The notes beneath the pieces were generated by a model, which was not told the DNA's origin, made no database searches, and worked only from the letters and a program-made list of their open reading frames with translations. Positions 52,499 to 62,217 of a stretch of DNA of 64,000 bases are shown here, piece after piece. Origin of the DNA: an uncultured Thiotrichales bacterium (GTDB taxonomy: Bacteria; Pseudomonadota; Gammaproteobacteria; UBA4575); contig CAZTNC010000015.1 of NCBI GenBank assembly GCA_964614915.1, forward strand, positions 19,096-83,095. The letters are read 5' to 3'. Position numbers and translations under genes: made by a program. Every line of letters begins with the position of its first letter. Within the stretch, counting starts at the first letter, position 1.

Positions 52499-53320
52499 AT
52501 GACTGGCGTTCACCCTCACCTGCGATCAGTGTTGCGACTGGCTGTCCTCTACCTGGTCCTGTCCGCCTTTTACGGAACGCCTGTGTATTCGGAGTCCCTG
52601 ACTCCGGAGGAAACAGGTTTGAAAATTGCGCGTGATACCCAAGCACGCGACCAGGGGTTTGGCAATCTAACGGCCCAGCAAACCATGACGCTTCGCAATA
52701 AGCAGGGGCAAGAGAGCCTGCGCCAACTCCGGGTAAAGGTCCTGGAAGTACCTGACGACGGGGACAAAAGCCTGTTTGTTTTTGATAACCCCCGCGACGT
52801 CCAAGGGACTGCACTGCTTATCCACGGTCACAAGGATACCCCGGACGACCAGTGGCTCTATTTACCTGCCTTGAAGCGGGTAAAACGCATCAGTTCTTCG
52901 AACCAATCCGGTTCTTTCATGGGGAGCGAGTTCGCCTATGAAGACATGAGCAGCCCGGAGGTAGAAAAATTCACGTACCGGTACCTGCGCGATGAGCCTT
53001 GTGGAGATTTGACCTGTACGGTCATGGAAAGGTACCCGGTCAATAAAAAATCGAGTTACAGTCGTCAAGTGATCTGGCAAGACAAAGACGCCTTGCGAGC
53101 ACAGAAAATCGAGTACTACGATCGCAAAAACGCGCACCTGAAAACACTTACCCTGACAGGCTACGAGCTGCATCTGGATCATTACTGGCGTGCCAGCCAG
53201 ATGACGATGGTGAATCATTTGACTGGGAAAAGTACAGTGATCACTTGGACAGATTATCAGTTTCAAACCGACCTCGATGATCGTGACTTTACGAAAACAG
53301 GGCTGAGACGAATACGTTGA
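52499..53320 (+). CDS. outer-membrane lipoprotein-sorting protein (LolA-like fold)
   Basis: signal peptide from the ATG at 52499 (GGAGG Shine-Dalgarno); DDQWLYLPALKRVKRISS...GSxFxYEDM pattern of the LolA_like family. Confidence 0.6.
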   Translation: MTGVHPHLRSVLRLAVLYLVLSAFYGTPVYSESLTPEETGLKIARDTQARDQGFGNLTAQQTMTLRNKQGQESLRQLRVKVLEVPDDGDKSLFVFDNPRDVQGTALLIHGHKDTPDDQWLYLPALKRVKRISSSNQSGSFMGSEFAYEDMSSPEVEKFTYRYLRDEPCGDLTCTVMERYPVNKKSSYSRQVIWQDKDALRAQKIEYYDRKNAHLKTLTLTGYELHLDHYWRASQMTMVNHLTGKSTVITWTDYQFQTDLDDRDFTKTGLRRIR

Positions 53321-53324
53321 TGTC

Positions 53325-54581
53325 GTGCAGCGCAGTCCCCTGCAAGTCCTGACCCGCGCGGCCTGGCTTTTGGCCATGGCCTTGGGTGCACAAGTATGTG
53401 CAGGCAGTGAAATTGACTACGAGGTCTTCGGGCACGTCGGGGTCGAAAATCGCTGGTACCCTGAAAATGCTGCCTATCCAGGTCAACCAGACCTTGCCAG
53501 CGGAATCGTTCTGGAACCGGAATTCTATTTTGAGAGTGTCGAGGGCTGGAGTTTCACCCTAATCCCATTCTTGCGTCATGACAGCGCTGATCCGGATCGC
53601 AGCCACGCAGACTTGCGGGAAGCGTATTTCCTGCTGCTCGGTGAAATTGGAGATGGCGAGTGGGAATTGCGCCTCGGCATGGACCGGGTGTTCTGGGGAG
53701 TTGTTGAGTCACATCACCTGGTGGATATCATAAATCAGACCGATTTGATTGAGCACCCTGATGAAGAGGTCGAACTGGGCCAACTCATGGCACATGCCAC
53801 CTGGTCCGGGAATTGGGGCGCAGCTGAGCTGTTTATCCTCCCACATCATCGGGAGCGTACCTTTCCAGGCCGCAAGGGTCGCCTGCGTTCATCACTTGTC
53901 GTGGAGGACGACGATCCTACCTACGAAAGTGGCGCGAAGGAATGGCACATGGATTTTGCGGTCCGGTACAGCCAGAACTTCGGGCCTTTTGATATAGGCG
54001 TGAGTTTTTTTAACGGCACCGGCAGGGACCCTCTTCTGCGACCTCAGGTCAGTGAACGACGCAACGGGGAACTGGTCTTAGTCCCGCATTATGAGCAAAT
54101 ACGCCAGTTTGGTATCGATGCACAGCTTACTACTGATGAGTGGCTGTTCAAGCTTGAAGCCATTCACCGCGCCGATTCCCAGAATTTGCGCTATGTGGAG
54201 GAGGACTATGCCGCATTTGTGATCGGTGCAGAGTACACGTTTTATTCTATACTCGGGACCGCTGCTGATTTTGGAGTCCTTGGCGAGTGGTGTTACGATG
54301 AGCGAGGCAAGGACGCAACGAACATTTTCGACGATGATCTACTCATCGGCATACGCGTAGCATTCAATGACATCCAGAATACAGAGATTTTCTCCAGCCT
54401 TCTGAAAGATCGGGACTATTCCACCAGTGCCTTTGTGATCGAGTTCAACCGCCGGATTTCTGACCGGTGGTCCGCAAATCTTGAACTTTTCTCACTGTTC
54501 AATGTAGAAAAAAAAGATACTCAGTTTGACCCTATCCGACGCGATAGCTTTTTGGAATTTCGCCTGAACTACAACTTTTAA
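53325..54581 (+). CDS. putative outer-membrane beta-barrel protein
   Basis: signal peptide, alternating amphipathic strands, C-terminal ...LNYNF with terminal Phe; 4 bp downstream of the LolA-like gene; GTG start. Confidence 0.5.
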   Translation: MQRSPLQVLTRAAWLLAMALGAQVCAGSEIDYEVFGHVGVENRWYPENAAYPGQPDLASGIVLEPEFYFESVEGWSFTLIPFLRHDSADPDRSHADLREAYFLLLGEIGDGEWELRLGMDRVFWGVVESHHLVDIINQTDLIEHPDEEVELGQLMAHATWSGNWGAAELFILPHHRERTFPGRKGRLRSSLVVEDDDPTYESGAKEWHMDFAVRYSQNFGPFDIGVSFFNGTGRDPLLRPQVSERRNGELVLVPHYEQIRQFGIDAQLTTDEWLFKLEAIHRADSQNLRYVEEDYAAFVIGAEYTFYSILGTAADFGVLGEWCYDERGKDATNIFDDDLLIGIRVAFNDIQNTEIFSSLLKDRDYSTSAFVIEFNRRISDRWSANLELFSLFNVEKKDTQFDPIRRDSFLEFRLNYNF

Positions 54582-54667
54582 CCAGGCTTGCGGCCAAGGC
54601 TTGGAAGTGCAAAACCAAAGAACTGCCACGGTCCCGGATGGTCGCGACGAAACACCCAGATACCTGG

Positions 54668-55663
54668 TTATCCAGCCTGGATGACGTTCCGCAAGGAGGG
54701 TGGAAGGCCAAAGCGAACATTCTCGACAATACCATCCATATTCGAGATTTCCAGGTCAGCAAACTCCCTCAGCTTGCCAATCAACTCCTGCACCAGTTCT
54801 TCAGGCGTCGATGCACCTGCCGTGATTCCAACGGCCTCAACTCCCTGTAACAACAGAGGATCAATTTTTGCCGGGTCTTCGACCAGGTGACTCGGGGTGC
54901 CGCTGTCATTGCTGACTTCACATAAGCGATTTGAATTGGAGCTGTTATGGGCCCCTACCACCAGCATCAGATCAACCTGAGCGGCAAGAGCACGGACAGC
55001 GGCCTGTCGATTCTGGGTTGCATAGCAGATGTCCTTGGTATTTGGACCTGCAATGTTAGGAAACTTCTGCTTCAATGCCTTGATGATATCCCGTGTATCA
55101 TCGACCGATAGGGTAGTCTGGGTCACATAGGCTACCTTGTCCGGGTCACCCACTTCCAACATCTCTACATCTTTTGTGTTGCTGACTAGATGGACAGGCC
55201 CTGGGATTTGACCCAGTGTGCCTTCAACCTCAGGATGATTCTCGTGACCTATCAAGATTACATCGTAGCCTTTTGCAGCATAACGCTGGCCTTCCTTGTG
55301 CACCTTGGAAACCAACGGGCATGTAGCATCAAGTGACTCAAGGCCGCGCTCCGATGCATCTTGCTGAACCTTTTTTGACACACCATGAGCGCTGAACACG
55401 GCAATTGCATTGTCTGGAATCTGGTGAATTTCTTCTACAAACCGCACGCCCTTCGCTTTCAGGTTTTCCACAACCCTTCGGTTGTGGACGATTTCGTGCC
55501 GTACGTATACGGGAGGCTCATAAAGTTTTAGTGCTCCTTCTGCAATTGCAATCGCACGGTCTACGCCAGCACAAAAGCCACGTGGCTGAGCCAAAATCAC
55601 ACGTATTTTCTGTCTCTCCCGATCTGGACTATCAGGGGAGTTCACTTGTGGTAATCCATCCAT
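54668..55663 (-). CDS. ispH: 4-hydroxy-3-methylbut-2-enyl diphosphate reductase
   Basis: three conserved Cys regions (GFCAGV...) and full-length IspH/LytB similarity. Confidence 0.9.
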   Translation of the reverse strand: MDGLPQVNSPDSPDRERQKIRVILAQPRGFCAGVDRAIAIAEGALKLYEPPVYVRHEIVHNRRVVENLKAKGVRFVEEIHQIPDNAIAVFSAHGVSKKVQQDASERGLESLDATCPLVSKVHKEGQRYAAKGYDVILIGHENHPEVEGTLGQIPGPVHLVSNTKDVEMLEVGDPDKVAYVTQTTLSVDDTRDIIKALKQKFPNIAGPNTKDICYATQNRQAAVRALAAQVDLMLVVGAHNSSNSNRLCEVSNDSGTPSHLVEDPAKIDPLLLQGVEAVGITAGASTPEELVQELIGKLREFADLEISNMDGIVENVRFGLPPSLRNVIQAG

Positions 55664-55737
55664 GAGTATGTTCTCAACTGGTTTTGCTCACAGTTCTGTA
55701 AAAATCGTGGCCAAAAATTTCATCACTGCCATGCATT

Positions 55738-56802
55738 TTAAGACCTTGCCTGCTCAAGGTGCCTTCCCTCAACTCGTGGAAGATTGTAAGTTAATATCCC
55801 GAATAGCAACTTCAAAGCCAGATTTGACCGCACCACGGCACTAGTCACGATAGTGACCATCCACACGCTGCGACGTGAAATCTTCACCTCTTGACCACTC
55901 TTGAATCCAGGTGTCGCATGGATACGACGCAGGGTCAATATGGCCATCCCCAGCGCCCACAGGCAATGAAGGCGAATGCCGGTTTCGCGAGGAGGGATAA
56001 TCATTATAAATCGTAATGCATTCGAAAGATGATGCCGGGCGATGGCTACCAACTCAAACAGCCCCTTGGTAAAGCCAGGATCGCGCTGCGCGGTAGACAG
56101 GGAACTCAACTCGAAACCTGCTGCAAGAAAAATATCCTGTGGCAGCCAGCATGCTCCACGGCGTCGGTCATCCCATATATCTTTCAGTATATTTGTCATC
56201 TGTAGACCTTGGCCAAAAGAAACTGAAAGCGCAAGCAATTCCTCACGTCGCTCATTGATTTTTTCAGAATAATCGCAGAACAACTCGGTGAGCATCTCGC
56301 CTACGACCCCGGCAACGTAATAACAGTATTGATCAAGGTCAGGCAGGTCATTCAGGCCCTTTACTGTTGCCCTTTGCTGAAATTCTGCCATCCCTCGCGA
56401 CATGATTTTCACGCAGCGCTCAAGTGCATTGCGCTGAGCATCACTAAATCCCCTCGTGATACGAATCACTCGAGCAGTATGTGCAATCAGATCATGTTCA
56501 CTTTTTGTCGTTGACGAAGACAACAGCTCACCGAGATCGTGCGCAAAGGGATCAGGCTCCTGCCGACCTGCAACAATCTCGGCAAAGCGCTCAGAGAACT
56601 CACGTTTTTGTTCTGCAGAAAGTGCGGGTTCGTCTTCGATAGTATCCGTGATCCGGCATAAAAGATATGCGTTGCCTACGACATCACATAATCCATCCGG
56701 AAGCTGCGGAATGGTCAAGGCAAATGTGCGAGATACCCCTTGCAAAGCCTCTGCCTGATAGGCAAAGTCATCGTTCGTCAACCCACTCAAGGCGGACACC
56801 AT
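55738..56802 (-). CDS. squalene/phytoene synthase family protein (HpnC/HpnD-like)
   Basis: two Asp-rich regions and YCYYVAGVVGEM of trans-isoprenyl diphosphate synthase head-to-head enzymes. Confidence 0.75.
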   Translation of the reverse strand: MVSALSGLTNDDFAYQAEALQGVSRTFALTIPQLPDGLCDVVGNAYLLCRITDTIEDEPALSAEQKREFSERFAEIVAGRQEPDPFAHDLGELLSSSTTKSEHDLIAHTARVIRITRGFSDAQRNALERCVKIMSRGMAEFQQRATVKGLNDLPDLDQYCYYVAGVVGEMLTELFCDYSEKINERREELLALSVSFGQGLQMTNILKDIWDDRRRGACWLPQDIFLAAGFELSSLSTAQRDPGFTKGLFELVAIARHHLSNALRFIMIIPPRETGIRLHCLWALGMAILTLRRIHATPGFKSGQEVKISRRSVWMVTIVTSAVVRSNLALKLLFGILTYNLPRVEGRHLEQARS

Positions 56803-57447
56803 TAGCTTAATCTCTATTTCGCTTCACAGTATGAGTTGCATTGTACACTCGCACTGGTTAATAGGAAATTGGGATAAACTTCAACGCAAAGTTTGAGTGA
56901 AAAATCTTCCAGGCATCCGGAATACGAATTACTCAGCAATCTTTCGGAAATCCTCGCAGAGCCGATCTGAATTTGAGCGTTTCCTGTTTCCTGAATCACA
57001 GAACTGCATGACCCGGATTCCAGAAGACTGACCCTGGAATTGGCTCTCTTTTCATGCGATTCATCATTATGCAGTCGCTTGATGCAAAGCATGGTTCACC
57101 CAAGCTTAGCCAAACAGGGATTAAGCCAGAAACAACATTCATGGGGTTTGGATAGGGCCTCCCTCGTCCCGGTATATCGCTACTTGACGTTTACTCAAAA
57201 GCCCTTGCCTGCCAGGTAGTTGAAGGGCACTAAAGGAAGCTGCCAGCCTTCTCCGGCCCGCATTTGACCTGATTCAGCCACGCCAAGAGTCTTGGCTCTC
57301 TGACCTCGGGTACTGGCACCTGTTTTGTAGCCGGGAGGGGACATTCAGACATAGTGAAAGTTTAGTAGATAAGGTACAATAAATTTTGTATAGTCTCTGC
57401 CAAACCAATCTCTCTGGAGAAGTACCATTCAAAATCATCAGGTAGAA

Positions 57448-57783
57448 TTGCAGGTCGATCAGGTTGAGGGAACCGCACTGATCATAAGCGTGACAGGCCG
57501 TATCGACGGTGTGAATGCTCAGGAATTTTACAACAACCTCAACAAGGAAATTGATGGTTCTGACAATCCGGTAGTACTGGATCTTGAAAATCTGTCCTAC
57601 ATCAGTAGTGCAGGTTTGCGTTCGATCCTGCTTATTGCAAAAACCCTCAAGGGTAAAAATACAAAATTCATGCTCTGCTCCCTGCCCGAGCCGATAAAAG
57701 AAATTGTTGAGATAGCAGGTTTTGACAAGATTATCGATGTGCTTCAATCCCGAACTGCAGCAGTAGAAGCCATAAAGGGTTAA
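57448..57783 (+). CDS. STAS-domain anti-sigma-factor antagonist (SpoIIAA/RsbV-like)
   Basis: DLxxLSYISSAGLRSIL with a phosphorylatable Ser; TTG start. Confidence 0.75.
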   Translation: MQVDQVEGTALIISVTGRIDGVNAQEFYNNLNKEIDGSDNPVVLDLENLSYISSAGLRSILLIAKTLKGKNTKFMLCSLPEPIKEIVEIAGFDKIIDVLQSRTAAVEAIKG

Positions 57784-58005
57784 CACACTTACAGAAAAGC
57801 CAGTGCGACGGCCCTGCAGTCATCCCCCTCCTGAATAGAACTACCAAGCTGCTGATAGCACACTAGGTTGAGAAGCCTCGTGAAGTATAAGCAGCACATG
57901 CCGGCATCACCAGTTCAGCCAAAGGCCTGTCTGGTGTTACAGGATTAAACTTCCCGCATCAGAGAAATTTTCGTTGTGGCCCAAGAACTGAACCTAACGG
58001 ATGAA

Positions 58006-58326
58006 ATGACTGATGGTGTCCTGGTCATCCATGTAGGCGGCCGTGTTGACGGTGTCAATGCACAGGAATTTCAGGGGGAACTTGACCTGAGAGTCCAGGG
58101 CACTGATGGGCCTGTTATTCTGGATTTCAAGAACCTTACCTACATCAGTAGTGCAGGTTTGCGTTCAATCTTGCTGGTTGCAAAAGTGTTCAGGGACAAA
58201 AATACGAAATTTGTGTTGTGTTCGCTGCCAGAAACAGCCCTGCAAGTCATACGGATTTCCGGCTTCGACAAAATCATCGAAATACAAGAGTCCCGCTCTT
58301 TGGCCATGGCTGCTGCCACAAATTGA
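58006..58326 (+). CDS. STAS-domain anti-sigma-factor antagonist, paralogue 2
   Basis: same DFKNLTYISSAGLRSILL motif; about 55% identical to the paralogue at 57448-57783; ATG at 58006 (GTG at 57976 is an alternative). Confidence 0.7.
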   Translation: MTDGVLVIHVGGRVDGVNAQEFQGELDLRVQGTDGPVILDFKNLTYISSAGLRSILLVAKVFRDKNTKFVLCSLPETALQVIRISGFDKIIEIQESRSLAMAAATN

Positions 58327-58330
58327 CTCC

Positions 58331-60535
58331 TCATGAAGGTGCAGCGGCTACACCCTCTCCATCAGCAGATTCTCCAGCAGTATCCTTTGTCTCATGGAAG
58401 ACCGGTTCCACCGGTAACACGACAATCATGTCCGTGTACTCACCTTCCTTAGTATCCACACGGATCTCTCCACCATGCTCCCGCATGATGTCGTTGGACA
58501 GAGACAGACCCAGGCCTGTTCCCTTATCAGGCGGCTTCGTTGTATAGAATGGATTGAAAATACGTTCCAACGCCGATTCGGGAATACCGTTGCCATTGTC
58601 CCGGACATGAACCTCTACATGGTCCCCGACCTGCAGGGTGCTCAACTTGAGTATCGGTTGATATTCCTTCCCGGCATCACCGCCTTCCTCTAGCAGATTT
58701 TTTCTTTTCTCATCAGTGGCATAGCAGGCATTTGTCACCAAATTCAGGAACACACGACCGAGATCTTGTGGACGAACCATGATCTCCCGCAGCCCTTCCT
58801 CGTAGTCTTCCTGGATTTCCAGTTGAAATTCCGTGTCAGCAGCACGGGCACTATGGAATGCAAGCAGCGCATGATCGTTCAACAGTACGTTCAGATCGGT
58901 TTCCTGCCAGTCCCCGCCACCACGACCCATTTTCAGCATGTCCATCACAATCCTGTTTGCACGCTTACCATGCTCATGAATGCGTTGCAGATTTCCTGTA
59001 AGGTCGCCGGCCACCTCCTCGACGAATTCCGGATCGTATTCATCTTCTCCATTTCCTTCCCCAGCTCTGCTTTTGGCCACTTCTTCCAACAGCTCTTCCA
59101 GCAGTTCTTGCGAGACCTCCGAAAAGTTCATGATGAAGTTCATTGGATTCTTGATTTCATGGGCAACCCCTGCCGTTAACTGGCCAAGTGCAGCAAGCTT
59201 CTCGCGCATCACAATCTGATCCTGTGCACGCTCCAATTCCTCATTGGTTTTTGCCAGTTCCTCGTTTTTCCCTTTCAACTCTTCGGCGAGCGTTTCCACC
59301 AGGTTAAGACGTTGTACTTCAAGCGCATTATTCCTGAACACATCCAGTGCCTTGGCCAGCTGTGCAATCTCATCGCGGCCATCAACGTCAATGGCAACTT
59401 CCAGATCGCCGCCAGCCATTTGCTGCATCTGATTCGAAATTCTATCCAGACGCTTGATCAAGCGGCGCTGTACGAGCAGCCAGACAAACAGGAATGCGCC
59501 TGTGATACTCACGAGATTGACAATCAGCAGTACCGTTGTGCTGGTGGCCGTTGCCGTGGTTGCCTTGTCGGCCATCTCCCCTGCAGCCATGCTGGAGTCA
59601 TCCACAAAGCTCTCTACCTGTGCAACAACGTCAATTCCCAGGATCTGGCTGTCATTGAGCAGATCAACCAGTTCCTCATCAACTGAGAGCTCCCTGAAAC
59701 GCAAATCAAAGCCGTTGTTCTCCCTTCTGCCAACCGATAACAGCTCAACAAAAGCCGTAGATAACCGGCCGTGGACTGCTGTATTTTTAAGCGCATCAAG
59801 CGACCGTTCGGCAAGGCCGACGGTCGCTTCAAACTGTTCTCGCAAAGGCTCCAGCAACGCTTTATCGGTCACGGTAAACGCAGTTGCCAGCAACTGTGTG
59901 GCGATGGCAGCCGCTTCACGCAATTCAACCAGTCGGCGATACGTTTGAAATTCCTGTTCTGAAAAATGAACGGAAGCTGGTGACCGTGCCTCATCGAGAG
60001 ATCTGTAGCCTGTCATCGTGTAGAACATCTGATCATCAATCTCTTCGATCAAAATCGCTGTCAATTTGCCTTGGACCACATGGAGTTCATCTCTGAGATC
60101 GATAATATGCTGGCGAACATCGAAGCGTTCCCTGACAAGCAGCTTGACCTCGCCAATATTTCGCACAATGCCAGCCCCGCCGGACTGAATCTGTTGTGCC
60201 CTTGCGTCTTTTCCCTGGTTTGCCAGCATGATTGAAAGCTGCGCCTCGAACTCATCTGCCTGCCAACCTGTTGTTGCGGCAATAGTTTCAAACTCTTCTG
60301 GTGTGGCTACTGTCGTAAGACGTGGCACTGCTGCAACAAGCGATGCTGTTTGCTGGGCAATCGCAAACGCGGACGTCATCTCCGGGACACTTTTCTCGCT
60401 GACGTTTTGCTGGATTTTTCCGATGTAGTCGAGAATGAAAAGAGCAAGCAGGCTAATTACGATGATCAGCGCAACGGCGCCACCGAAACCCACATAAAGC
60501 TGTGTAGAAATTCGACTCCAAAGTTTTGCAGGCAT
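58331..60535 (-). CDS. sensor histidine kinase with large periplasmic sensor domain (HAMP-HisKA-HATPase_c)
   Basis: TM, about 320-aa periplasmic region, TM, HAMP, coiled coil, H-box AGVAHEIKNPMNF, G-boxes (GTGLGLSL). Confidence 0.85.
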   Translation of the reverse strand: MPAKLWSRISTQLYVGFGGAVALIIVISLLALFILDYIGKIQQNVSEKSVPEMTSAFAIAQQTASLVAAVPRLTTVATPEEFETIAATTGWQADEFEAQLSIMLANQGKDARAQQIQSGGAGIVRNIGEVKLLVRERFDVRQHIIDLRDELHVVQGKLTAILIEEIDDQMFYTMTGYRSLDEARSPASVHFSEQEFQTYRRLVELREAAAIATQLLATAFTVTDKALLEPLREQFEATVGLAERSLDALKNTAVHGRLSTAFVELLSVGRRENNGFDLRFRELSVDEELVDLLNDSQILGIDVVAQVESFVDDSSMAAGEMADKATTATATSTTVLLIVNLVSITGAFLFVWLLVQRRLIKRLDRISNQMQQMAGGDLEVAIDVDGRDEIAQLAKALDVFRNNALEVQRLNLVETLAEELKGKNEELAKTNEELERAQDQIVMREKLAALGQLTAGVAHEIKNPMNFIMNFSEVSQELLEELLEEVAKSRAGEGNGEDEYDPEFVEEVAGDLTGNLQRIHEHGKRANRIVMDMLKMGRGGGDWQETDLNVLLNDHALLAFHSARAADTEFQLEIQEDYEEGLREIMVRPQDLGRVFLNLVTNACYATDEKRKNLLEEGGDAGKEYQPILKLSTLQVGDHVEVHVRDNGNGIPESALERIFNPFYTTKPPDKGTGLGLSLSNDIMREHGGEIRVDTKEGEYTDMIVVLPVEPVFHETKDTAGESADGEGVAAAPS

Positions 60536-60551
60536 TGCGCTTCTCTCAAAT

Positions 60552-61778
60552 TTATTGCGAATGCGAGGCCCCGGTCTGCGATACAACAGAGGTCAGGGAT
60601 GTCACGGGTGAATACTCGCCATTGGCGCCAATTGCCGTCAGGAAAACGCTGTCCGACCCCTGGTTGTCGTCCTTTCCATAACGCAGTTTGAACCCATCCA
60701 GACTGATGCTGTCACCGGTTCGCAGCACTGAATCGATACAGCCGCGATTAATCCGCTTGTCACATTGAGAGACTACGTAAGCCGCCAGGCGTCCTGCCAA
60801 ATACCCTTCGAACGATATAAAACCCGGTTCAATGGCTGGATCATATGCTTTAAGTGCCGAGCGGTACGAAGCCGATGCGTTTATCGTATCCCCTGTCGGA
60901 AAGGGTACAACCTGCGTCACCAAAACACCTGACCCCCCGGCACCCAGTTCCTTTGCCAGGGCATTGCTGCCCACGAAAGACAGGGTCATGAAAATTGGGT
61001 CCATCCCGAGACGTCGCGCCCACATGATAAAGGTTGCAGTCGGTTTATAGGGGCCCACAATGATCACGGCCTGTGGTTCAATCGCGCGCAGGTCGAGAAG
61101 TGCCGTCTTCACCGCAACCGTGTTCCTGGGAAACACACCCGTGCCAACAGCGGAAAGCTCCCGACGCTCAAGGGCCAGAAGAACACCCTGCAGTCCCGCA
61201 AGCCCGAAGGAGTCATCCTGGTAGAGGATGGCAATGCGATCGTAGCCCATGTCAGTGGTCAACCGCTCGACCATCTCCTCGGTTTCCTGATAGTACGAGG
61301 CCCGAAGGTTGATGACAGTGTGACGGGCATTGTCACGCAGGTATTCTGCACCTGTCATAGGCGCTATGTAAGGCACATCGTTTGTCTCAGTGACCGGGAC
61401 AGCCGACTGGGAAGTAGGTGTGCCTACTGCACCTATAAGGGCAAAAACACCCTCTTCGATCAGCTGCTGCGTATTTGAGACGGCCGCCTCTGGCTCATAC
61501 GCATCGTCCAGTGAGCGCAATTCCAGGCGGCGTCCATTAACGCCACCTTTGTCATTGACCTCTTTGAAGGCGGCAAGAATTCCTGCCCTCATGCTTTTAC
61601 CAAGTTCACCTGCAGGGCCGCTGAAAGCAGCAGATTGCCCAAACAGAATGCGTTCGCTGTTTACACCAGGGGTAGTGATTATGCTGTCCTCAACCTCACT
61701 CACCGCAACACTTGCAAATATCGCAGCAAAAAGTGTGGTAAAGGCTTTTCCGAGAGATAGTCCGCGCAGAGCCTGCAC
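60552..61778 (-). CDS. periplasmic ligand-binding protein (LivJ/Peripla_BP_6-like ABC-type substrate-binding fold)
   Basis: signal peptide; type I PBP pattern; directly upstream of the sensor kinase in the same operon. Confidence 0.7.
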   Translation of the reverse strand: MQALRGLSLGKAFTTLFAAIFASVAVSEVEDSIITTPGVNSERILFGQSAAFSGPAGELGKSMRAGILAAFKEVNDKGGVNGRRLELRSLDDAYEPEAAVSNTQQLIEEGVFALIGAVGTPTSQSAVPVTETNDVPYIAPMTGAEYLRDNARHTVINLRASYYQETEEMVERLTTDMGYDRIAILYQDDSFGLAGLQGVLLALERRELSAVGTGVFPRNTVAVKTALLDLRAIEPQAVIIVGPYKPTATFIMWARRLGMDPIFMTLSFVGSNALAKELGAGGSGVLVTQVVPFPTGDTINASASYRSALKAYDPAIEPGFISFEGYLAGRLAAYVVSQCDKRINRGCIDSVLRTGDSISLDGFKLRYGKDDNQGSDSVFLTAIGANGEYSPVTSLTSVVSQTGASHSQ

Positions 61779-61782
61779 TTTA

Positions 61783-62202
61783 TTAGATCTTCTTAACCAT
61801 GGTTAAATGGTTGCGCTCACTGTTGCGCTGGTAACGCAATTCCGTCATCAACTGCTTGGCCAGCCGGATACCGGCGCCACCAATGCTGCGTTCTTCAAGT
61901 GAACTTTCGATATCCAGGTCGGGTGCATCATGCAATGGATCAAAGGGGCACCCATCATCCATGATCTCGACGGTGATGGTTTCACCCTCCCTTGAGAGCT
62001 TGATCTCAACTTCATGCTCCAGATCATCGTCATGGGCATAACTGACTACATTCGTAAAGAGTTCCTCCAGAGCAAGCTGGATCTGAAGCAATGCATCCAT
62101 GGGAAATCCGTGCTGCTCGCCAAATTCCTCCAGCGCGGCCTCGATCGTGCGGATCTCCTCCATTCGATTGACAACAGTCAGTGTGCGTGAAGCTTGCATC
62201 AT
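61783..62202 (-). CDS. anti-sigma regulatory factor (RsbW/SpoIIAB-like Ser/Thr kinase, HATPase_c)
   Basis: 139 aa, N-box EELFTNVVSYA and G-box GGAGIRL. Confidence 0.7.
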   Translation of the reverse strand: MMQASRTLTVVNRMEEIRTIEAALEEFGEQHGFPMDALLQIQLALEELFTNVVSYAHDDDLEHEVEIKLSREGETITVEIMDDGCPFDPLHDAPDLDIESSLEERSIGGAGIRLAKQLMTELRYQRNSERNHLTMVKKI

Positions 62203-62217
62203 TCTACTCCAGCTTTT

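Noticed and set aside
56814-57092. 92-aa Cys/Ser-rich minus-strand ORF in the long intergenic region
   Set aside because: Low-complexity composition, no RBS and no family resemblance. Treated as non-coding.
56803-57447. Possible SRP RNA, RNase P RNA or tmRNA in the long intergenic region (AAAGGAAGCUGCCAGCC resembles 4.5S domain IV)
   Set aside because: None of the flanking conserved helices are present: no GGAAAGTCCGGGCTCC for RNase P, no tRNA-like ends for tmRNA, and no symmetric hairpin for 4.5S. The similarity is limited to a short purine-rich stretch.
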